From a virus (Duplodnaviria > Caudoviricetes), in IMG/VR virus record IMGVR_UViG_2663763243_000005, positions 1 through 64,000 of that record: a stretch of DNA of 64,000 nt; one strand, given 5' to 3'. Positions 57,110 through 64,000 of the stretch are shown piece by piece. Position 1 is the first letter of the stretch, and the number at the start of each line of letters is the position of its first letter. A model generated the notes under the pieces. The model saw only the letters and a program-made list of their open reading frames with translations, did no database searches and was not told the origin of the DNA. A program made the position numbers and the translations under genes.

Positions 57110-57667
57110 TTGCACTGCTGGAATTGGCATGATTTTGAAGACGAGACGGAAGTTACCGAACATGACGAGTTTGACCAATACAACTTCAGCTCTGAATATG
57201 AGCCAAGAGAGCTGGTTGCCAGACAATTTTGGGTTGGAAAAGCTGAATCCGGTCACTTCTATACTATTGGTTTTGTAAAGATCGAAAAGCAATCTGTACT
57301 CAACAGCCTTTTAGGTGAGATGATCTACAGTAATCATCCCCTTGCCATTCCTAAAAGTGGCGCTTGGGTGGTAACATTCGACCTTGCCGATGAAGAAAAT
57401 GATTTCGCTCATGTTAAACTTGATTATAAGGCTATAAAGGATTTAGTGTCTGAGGTTGCTTGTGCAGTTTATGACCATTATAATGTAACTAAGGCTGGGC
57501 TTTACTGTTGGTATGCTGCAAGGAAAGAACTTCTAAGCATTTATGATACGGCTCTCGGATTTGACTCTGACCGAAACATTAAGCTCAAGGTAATACCTTC
57601 TACGTCCAACTTTAATAAATTAGGTGATCAAGGGAGGGGTTATGCAATCATCACGAAATACTACTGA
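57110..57667 (+). CDS. Hypothetical protein (acidic N-terminus)
   Basis: 185 aa ORF, overlaps the next gene. Confidence 0.7.
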   Translation: MHCWNWHDFEDETEVTEHDEFDQYNFSSEYEPRELVARQFWVGKAESGHFYTIGFVKIEKQSVLNSLLGEMIYSNHPLAIPKSGAWVVTFDLADEENDFAHVKLDYKAIKDLVSEVACAVYDHYNVTKAGLYCWYAARKELLSIYDTALGFDSDRNIKLKVIPSTSNFNKLGDQGRGYAIITKYY

Positions 57668-58211
57668 ATTCCCGCCTGGCGATCAGCTTTATGCATCGTT
57701 GAATCGTAAGCTGAAAAAGACTTCAGCCAACATAACAAAGCGTAAACTTAATACTGGCGAGTACGTGATGTATCAAGGCAGAATAGTACCGGCTAATGTC
57801 GTAGAAGAGGCTAAAGCGGAAGCAGTAGAGGAAAGGCAGAGTCTCACTCATATTGCTGCAGATCGGCCAATGAGACACGTACTATTTCAGCCACTACGCG
57901 CTGGCCACCTAGGAGCTAAACGCCTGGATTCTGGTGCATGGATTGCGTGGATTGGTAGTCGGAAAAGCGTAACAGCCACTTCGGTAGAGACTTCAATCCG
58001 TCATCCGATGCACGTTATGGTAGCTGTACCCATTAGACAAGATAGTTCTCAGGAGGTGCCAAAAGACGGCCAGCTCTTTTCTTATGATGCTAAATCTGGG
58101 CAGATGCTTCTGGTTGTAGCTCACGGGAAGATTGGCGGCATGGTCAGGCGTTCGCACCGCTCAAGATCCCAGCAGCAAGCCATGGGGAACGTAGTTCTCA
58201 AAGCCAAATAG
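57642..58211 (+). CDS. Hypothetical basic protein
   Basis: GGAGGGG RBS before ATG 57642; followed by a terminator. Confidence 0.65.
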   Translation: MQSSRNTTEFPPGDQLYASLNRKLKKTSANITKRKLNTGEYVMYQGRIVPANVVEEAKAEAVEERQSLTHIAADRPMRHVLFQPLRAGHLGAKRLDSGAWIAWIGSRKSVTATSVETSIRHPMHVMVAVPIRQDSSQEVPKDGQLFSYDAKSGQMLLVVAHGKIGGMVRRSHRSRSQQQAMGNVVLKAK

Positions 58212-58229
58212 CCCCGAAAGGGGCTTTTT
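58210..58229 (+). terminator. Intrinsic terminator
   Basis: AGCCCC-GAAA-GGGGCTTTTT. Confidence 0.85.
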
Positions 58230-58429
58230 ACTACCTGCTATTAAATCTACTCTGGTTCGGAAATTTTAGACCATCCTTGGCAATTCATGTTGACCTATCA
58301 AGCCGCATGGCAAAGTGCGCTAAAGCTGTACGGTGTATATTTATAATCCGAAGGGGCTATTAACCGTAATATCGCTTTTGTAAGGAAGCGAGAACAAATG
58401 TATCTTGCTGCAGCAGAACTAGTGACTGG

Positions 58430-59041
58430 CTAAAACAATTCCATGGTTTGCCCAGAGGCTGGCCCCGGTTTTAGTGCAAAAGTACCTTTGATCGGTTCAT
58501 CCAGCAGCAGAAATTTATCCAATTGCAGAGCGGGGATAAATTTAAAACCTTCTTGCCCACGAGCTCTAGCTATTTCTCTAGTTTCCATGAGTATTCTACC
58601 AAGTACATTCATCCCGTAAAAGCTGCCATCTGATTCACGACGAGCTCCCCAAAAAAGGTCTTTTTCAGAATGTTCAACAATATTAATAACACCAGTAGAA
58701 TTAAGGAGTTGAAAAAAAACCTCCCAATTTTGGCAAAGTTTTATGCGGACGCACCATTTCATTATGGAGACTCGATTTTTCTCCCAACCATCACGTGTTT
58801 TCGGCTCATAGTATCTGGCTACTTGCTTCGCCTCAAAGGGGTTGCTTAGGGTGATTATCTCCTTTTGTATTTCCGGATAGTCTGGGTAACGGCAGGCCTG
58901 ATAGAGGATTTCACTAGACTGGATAGGAATATCGTTAACATACAGCGGAAATCCTCGCGCCATGTTAGATAGCCCGCCCCATTTTTCCGTCGTTTTTCTG
59001 AAACTGACTGTCTCATTGTTTGGATAAATTCGGTAGCTCAT
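58430..59041 (-). CDS. NADAR (YbiA-like) family N-glycosidase
   Basis: GGLSNM, SSE.LYQA.RY, R.GWEK.RV.IM......K..Q, LL.STG...IVE.S..D.FWGA, G.N.LGRILME.RE. Confidence 0.9.
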   Translation of the reverse strand: MSYRIYPNNETVSFRKTTEKWGGLSNMARGFPLYVNDIPIQSSEILYQACRYPDYPEIQKEIITLSNPFEAKQVARYYEPKTRDGWEKNRVSIMKWCVRIKLCQNWEVFFQLLNSTGVINIVEHSEKDLFWGARRESDGSFYGMNVLGRILMETREIARARGQEGFKFIPALQLDKFLLLDEPIKGTFALKPGPASGQTMELF

Positions 59042-59043
59042 AG

Positions 59044-60117
59044 TTACTGATTATACCCGGTTCTGCGCATCAATGGATACCAGCAATCCAGTGCCCAGTT
59101 TGGGATCCCATCGCGCTCATATCTTCCCCACCAGAAAGCTAATGGAGTATTATTTGGACAATTTCGATAAGTGAAAATGGTTCCACCGAACCCTAGTCCA
59201 GGGAATGTTGAAAAGCCGAGAGGTTTGAGAATCGGAGCGGGATTTTGACTTTGCTGAAGTATATAAAAACCAGCCTTTGTCAGTGCATATTCAAAACGAT
59301 AGCGATCAGCCATCTTGAGGAATATGTCGTTTGGCCTAAAATGGGTCCTTTCAGTGCCTTTGCGCGATGTATAGATCGCCGGATGTTGGATCCAGTCTGG
59401 TAGGTCAATACCATTACTACGTAACCAGAAAACTTCAGAAGATGAGGAATAACTAAGGCGATTTTCGCGCGTTTTGATGAATCCGTTTTTTTTGATAATA
59501 AGTCTGATATTTCGCCCTTGAAACCTTTCCGCAAGAGTTGTCTCTAGCATATAAGTTGCATATCTATGAGTCCCTAGGAACCACACGCGGATAGTCACAT
59601 TACTTAGGTTAAAGTGTTCTACAAACCAAGTAATATCGCTAAAAGCCTTGTTCCCTGAAAAACAAACATCGTCGAAGTAAATGAATTTATTGAATTGTGC
59701 AACTCTTTTGTTTTTGGAATTTCTTGATAAGGTAACTATACCTAATCCTTCGAATCCCTCTGCTTGGGTTTCTAAAAGTTCCAGTAAATTAATCTGACTA
59801 GTCCCACGATTTGTTTCTTGTATATTAAGGAATGCTGATTCGTGGATAATAGGTCTATTATTCTCACTCCTGAGAATATCATTAATTTTTTCTACATAAT
59901 CATTTTTGTTGATATATGCATTTCGAAGTAACGCCAGCGTTTGCTCAAGAATGAAAAGTTTGTCTCTTTCCTCAAATTGCTCAATCCAGCGACCTACATG
60001 TACTGAGTTCATCCCCTGCCGAGGGGCAAGTTCATAGCCCACAAGAATTTCTGCAATTTGTTCTTGTATAGCATTTTTTTGTTCGGATTCATTATTGTCC
60101 ATAGGATTTTCACACAT
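59044..60117 (-). CDS. Phosphoribosyltransferase-like conflict protein (PRTase-CE / ShosT-like)
   Basis: PRPP-loop FIYFDDVCFSG, N-terminal HV.RW..QF, C-terminal LGFG...FTYRNCPNNTPLAFW..W.PL..R. Confidence 0.75.
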   Translation of the reverse strand: MCENPMDNNESEQKNAIQEQIAEILVGYELAPRQGMNSVHVGRWIEQFEERDKLFILEQTLALLRNAYINKNDYVEKINDILRSENNRPIIHESAFLNIQETNRGTSQINLLELLETQAEGFEGLGIVTLSRNSKNKRVAQFNKFIYFDDVCFSGNKAFSDITWFVEHFNLSNVTIRVWFLGTHRYATYMLETTLAERFQGRNIRLIIKKNGFIKTRENRLSYSSSSEVFWLRSNGIDLPDWIQHPAIYTSRKGTERTHFRPNDIFLKMADRYRFEYALTKAGFYILQQSQNPAPILKPLGFSTFPGLGFGGTIFTYRNCPNNTPLAFWWGRYERDGIPNWALDCWYPLMRRTGYNQ

Positions 60118-60484
60118 AATCACTCCTTTTTATACAGTCAACAAGACCAGTCCCAAAATTTTGTGAGTACACATGTGTAGTTTAATATAATGCTGTAGTA
60201 TCACAATTTCATAATAACACATTGATTTATATTCTTTTAAAGATCACTTTCACAAAAATGAATTTACGTGCATGTCTATCTGAATCAGAAGAATTATAGC
60301 GCCGCACTTAATGTAGATTTACCATTTTCTTAAGTACTCTTTTGGCACAGAGCCTTCTGTCAGATCTAATTACACTCAGGCGAGGCTGCAATCGAATTGG
60401 CAAGCCAAACCATCTATAACCATAACAAAATCACTTTACCCAAAAGTTAATAAATCAGGGAGTCCTTCCAAACTCCCTTTCAAT

Positions 60485-63400
60485 TCACTTATTAAAGTAC
60501 GGATTCACCCTTTCCACCGCCTGCTTTACCAGTTTATTTCTGGTTGCCATCAACCGGTCAATTTTTTCTCTTTTCTGATCCGCTGTTAGTATCCGGTCCC
60601 GCCTCATCATTTCAATCTGGGCATTCAGTGCTTTCACTTGCTTTTGCGTCGCTGTTAGCCCCTGACGCTGCGATAATTTCCCTCTATTTTCCTCTATCAA
60701 TTCATTAGCATCATCGCCACGCCCCTGCTTACGGAAGCTGTTAATAGTGCTGTTGATCTGGTTGGCTTCGGTCATCATGCGGTAAAAATCTTCAGTGAAC
60801 TGGGTAGACTTGGCCGGATCTGAACCTCTGAAGAATGATTTAATCACCGGTAACTCATCCAACCGCATGGCCGGGGTTTCGCCGTAGTCTTTCAGGTTAC
60901 GCATCAGAAGATTGGTCGCCCCCATCACATAGCCGCCCAAGCTGCCGGTGTAACCCATCACAATATGATCCAGCATCTTCGGTGACATATTGGTCGCCTC
61001 ACCTATTTCACGCATTAATAGGCTGGTCTGGTCATTATAACGGGCCCCGGCCATCAAATTGCTGTCGGCCATGTTCTCAATCGGCCCACCTTTGAAGAAA
61101 TCATAGTTAACATAAGCCTCGGCAATCGGCATCGCGACTTGTGGGATAGGGTTGAATGCCATCGTTTCCATAAAGTTATGTGCCACCAGCTTGCCAAATT
61201 TAGCCCCGGTATCTTTACCGCCCAGCGCGCGGACAAACCGCTCAGGTAAAGTGCCAAATATCGCGCCAAACTCGAACGGTTTTGGAAAGCGGATATGCTG
61301 ATCACCAATCCACGCATGCCAATAGGTGTCTTTATCCCAGTCTTGTAGCTCTTCATAACGTTTGTCGTCCCAATTCAGCGCCATCAGTGCCAGCGAGGCG
61401 GCGGTGATCATGCCGCCGCGTTTCAGCACTTCGCGCGGATTCTCTTTGATAGCTCGGCCTAATTTACTCAGCCCCTGCATCCGGGCGTTGAAGAACGGCA
61501 GCATATCACTCAGGTTTATCATGATATTACTGGCCCCCATCATGCTGAAATCCATCAAGTCACGCGACTCAAATGCTGCCTGCGCCTTACTTTTCCCTGA
61601 TTTAATGGCGGATTCATATGTGGCCAGTCGGTTGGCGTTTTCTGCTGCTTCACTGAGATTTTTATATTTATGCAAACCCTGTTCAATCTTGCCCATCACC
61701 TCTTTGCTGTTGCGGGCGATTGAGGACTCAAATTCTAGTATCTGACTATCGTTGTAACCTTTACGCCGTAGAACACTACGAATGGTTTTAGCAGTCGATG
61801 CCGGATCATAAACATTCGAATAACCACCACCAAAAGTGGCACCGGCAAACATCATATCCACCAGGCTATCATCAGTGCGTAATGCTTTTTTAAATCCGGC
61901 CCATGAAGCGATAACCGGCTTAAAACCATCTTTGTTAATGGCCCATGAATGAATAGAGTCACGCATAAAGTTACGGATGATAAAATCAGGCATTGATGTG
62001 GTGCTGACGGTCAGTACCTTTTTAGCCTGGCGGGCCGCTTTCATAAAGGTGGAATTACTGCGCTCAAGGTCAATCATGGTAAAGGCGCGATACAGTTCAG
62101 GATCATTAACCTGTACCAGTTTTTCCTGCCCATCAACAAACACCTTCACCACATCTTTGCCGATGCGCTCAAAGTCCATCTTGTTCGGTGATTCAATCAC
62201 CTCCAGCACACCAGTATCAGCAAGGTTCACCACTGACCTGCGCATTGCTTCATTTTTCATCGAAGCATCGACCGATTTCGCCACGTAGTTAAACAGGTTT
62301 TCGATAGGATCCTTAATGGTCAAATCGCTGCCTTTTAACTTGCGCACGGTACTGCTCTGGTTAGCAATGCCTTTACTGGTCCACGGCCCCTTCACCTCAC
62401 CATTTTCTGCTTCACGGTAATAGGGCAAGTACCAGGCATCCTCCCACTGTGCGCGGCTTTCTGGATCAATCAATCCCATATCCTGTTGCAGATCCAGAAT
62501 CGACTTAATAAAGGCATCATACTTTTTCTTTTGACCTTCGAATAAAGCCTCATTACCCCGGTTGAGGGTTTTCATATAAGCAATTTCGTCAGCATTAAAG
62601 TTGTTCTCTTTGCCCTCTTTCATCAGTCGTTCAGAGCGATGGCCGGCGATCCATTTAAAGAAGTTTTCCCGATGGTTTCCCAGTCCGTCGAGAATACCCA
62701 TAAGAGCATCCTCTTTACCGGTACCGGATTGACGCTCGATTATCCCTTCGGCTTTGTTATAGCGCGGCAAGCCATGCTCTAAAGTGGCAGCAGTAACAGA
62801 GCCTGCTCCGGCAGCCATACGCGCTCCAATGTAGGCAGAACTTCGTGCATCATTGATACCAGCGGCATCTTCGGCATACTTCAGCGGAGCCATGCCATCA
62901 AAGGTTTTAGTATTGAGTTTACGGCCGGTTTCTTTTAGCCAGGCTTTCAGTTCCGTTTTATCTTTGCTGGTCACGGTGCCGTAGAAAGTCTTGGCCTTAT
63001 CAAACCACCCCTGCTCAACGTTAAAGCCCATTTTGCGGTTGGTTTCAGCATCCATTGATGGGTTAGCAGTGCGGGAGTAAAGTGCCTTATTCTTGCGAAT
63101 ATCGGTCGATGAGAGTATATTTTCAACTGAATCTTGATTTGGTGAACCGCGTTTGAGCAATTGAAGCTCTTGGGCCGTACCAGATTGGGATTCTGAACCC
63201 TGATAAGTGTTCTCCTTGGGCAATTGGAGCCCAACAGAACGAAGCTTATCGGGGTTTTGTTTTTCTCGGCGGTATAACGCTAAACCAGCATCCTCCATAC
63301 CTTGAACTTTCGCCATGCCCCCCACTGTGCCGTACACTGAAGCAACTCGATTAACTTCCAAGCGCCCACGTTTTGCATTCATATGAATAGCAGTAACCAC

Positions 63401-64000
63401 CGGGTTTCCGTTTGCATCATGAGCCTCCAGAAGAGCAACTATTGCGTTATCCTGTGTTGCTGAGCGATATACTGCTAACGGGTCATGCATCAGCTCAGGA
63501 AGCTGCTCAATGACCTCAGTCGGTACGTTGTGTTTTATTCCATTGGTCGCTTTACGTACCGTATCACGAGAAATTACCATCTCCACATTGGGAGCGCCAA
63601 GCGCACGGAGTACCGGCGGTGTTCTGCCTATTGAAACCGTTATGTCATCGGACCGTAACGAACGCATCGCTTTATCAAGCTCAGATCTATATTGTTCGGA
63701 TTCCACTGGTAATGGCTTGAGTGGGTCCACATCATCATGTTTCGAATACAGTGCGTCTGACCGAGAGAAAGTATTATCGAACTCCCGCGTTCCCGGCTGT
63801 TCACCATCATACATAGCCGTCTTTTTGAAGCGCCCGGCGACCGTGCGCAGAATATTACGTATTTCCGTTGGGGAAATGTCATTCGCATTCATGATGCCCG
63901 TTTTCTTCAATCCATTGATCAGCACAGAAACAAAACGGTTCCACATCGCCCCAAGACCGCTGAGTTCTGAGCGCTCCGCCATGTGGGCTAAGAATTCATT
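60485..64000 (-). CDS. Large polyvalent/virion ejection protein with MuF-C and LPD38 domains (5' end outside window)
   Basis: Frame is open to the window end (..NEFLAHMAER). MuF-C-like GRTPPVL..LG...KH.V....IEQLP....DP.AV.RS; LPD38-like PFFNA.MQG, PKPFE.G..F...PER. Confidence 0.8.
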   Translation of the reverse strand, partial: NEFLAHMAERSELSGLGAMWNRFVSVLINGLKKTGIMNANDISPTEIRNILRTVAGRFKKTAMYDGEQPGTREFDNTFSRSDALYSKHDDVDPLKPLPVESEQYRSELDKAMRSLRSDDITVSIGRTPPVLRALGAPNVEMVISRDTVRKATNGIKHNVPTEVIEQLPELMHDPLAVYRSATQDNAIVALLEAHDANGNPVVTAIHMNAKRGRLEVNRVASVYGTVGGMAKVQGMEDAGLALYRREKQNPDKLRSVGLQLPKENTYQGSESQSGTAQELQLLKRGSPNQDSVENILSSTDIRKNKALYSRTANPSMDAETNRKMGFNVEQGWFDKAKTFYGTVTSKDKTELKAWLKETGRKLNTKTFDGMAPLKYAEDAAGINDARSSAYIGARMAAGAGSVTAATLEHGLPRYNKAEGIIERQSGTGKEDALMGILDGLGNHRENFFKWIAGHRSERLMKEGKENNFNADEIAYMKTLNRGNEALFEGQKKKYDAFIKSILDLQQDMGLIDPESRAQWEDAWYLPYYREAENGEVKGPWTSKGIANQSSTVRKLKGSDLTIKDPIENLFNYVAKSVDASMKNEAMRRSVVNLADTGVLEVIESPNKMDFERIGKDVVKVFVDGQEKLVQVNDPELYRAFTMIDLERSNSTFMKAARQAKKVLTVSTTSMPDFIIRNFMRDSIHSWAINKDGFKPVIASWAGFKKALRTDDSLVDMMFAGATFGGGYSNVYDPASTAKTIRSVLRRKGYNDSQILEFESSIARNSKEVMGKIEQGLHKYKNLSEAAENANRLATYESAIKSGKSKAQAAFESRDLMDFSMMGASNIMINLSDMLPFFNARMQGLSKLGRAIKENPREVLKRGGMITAASLALMALNWDDKRYEELQDWDKDTYWHAWIGDQHIRFPKPFEFGAIFGTLPERFVRALGGKDTGAKFGKLVAHNFMETMAFNPIPQVAMPIAEAYVNYDFFKGGPIENMADSNLMAGARYNDQTSLLMREIGEATNMSPKMLDHIVMGYTGSLGGYVMGATNLLMRNLKDYGETPAMRLDELPVIKSFFRGSDPAKSTQFTEDFYRMMTEANQINSTINSFRKQGRGDDANELIEENRGKLSQRQGLTATQKQVKALNAQIEMMRRDRILTADQKREKIDRLMATRNKLVKQAVERVNPYFNK

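Larger units (their letters stand above)
56602..64000. mobile_element. Third phage element (left end only)
   Basis: Phage polyvalent protein and cargo follow the att core instead of the rest of sdsR; TTCG-type arm-like repeats at ~56738-56768. Confidence 0.7.

Noticed and set aside
60122-60138. LexA box upstream of the PRTase gene (and near 1683, 6161, 45100)
   Set aside because: Only half-sites or mismatched CTG-N10-CAG; not supportable.

Overview
Enterobacterial (Yersinia-like) chromosomal region made of three phage-derived elements in tandem. They are separated by copies of an 18-bp core, AGACCGAATACGATTCCT (10041-10058 and 56602-56619), which is the reverse complement of the 3' terminator end of the SdsR/RyeB sRNA. 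(1) 1-10058 is a reduced relative of the main prophage. It keeps the endolysin, holin, Q, a DicA-like repressor with operators, the pL leader and the last 47 codons of int. Its early genes are replaced by a CatB-related acetyltransferase and an ABC-F ATPase, each preceded by a leader peptide and attenuator. It also carries a GhoT/OrtT toxin, a broken deaminase toxin with intact immunity gene, DUF1120 and IS6 debris. (2) 10041-56619 is an apparently complete ~46.6 kb temperate myovirus (DicA/DicC/YdaT immunity, lambda-like Int/Xis, Q, lysis, DUF1073 portal, DUF2184 capsid, DUF3383 sheath). It has many morons: O-antigen acetyltransferase, a YafO pair, ParB-Mom, a soluble + membrane gene pair and others. 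(3) 56602 to beyond the window end is the start of a third phage element with an LPD38/MuF-C polyvalent protein and a cargo region. That region holds a PRTase-like + NADAR two-gene operon, the best candidate here for an undescribed toxin-antitoxin/defence system. All family calls are by eye from motifs; no database searches were run.
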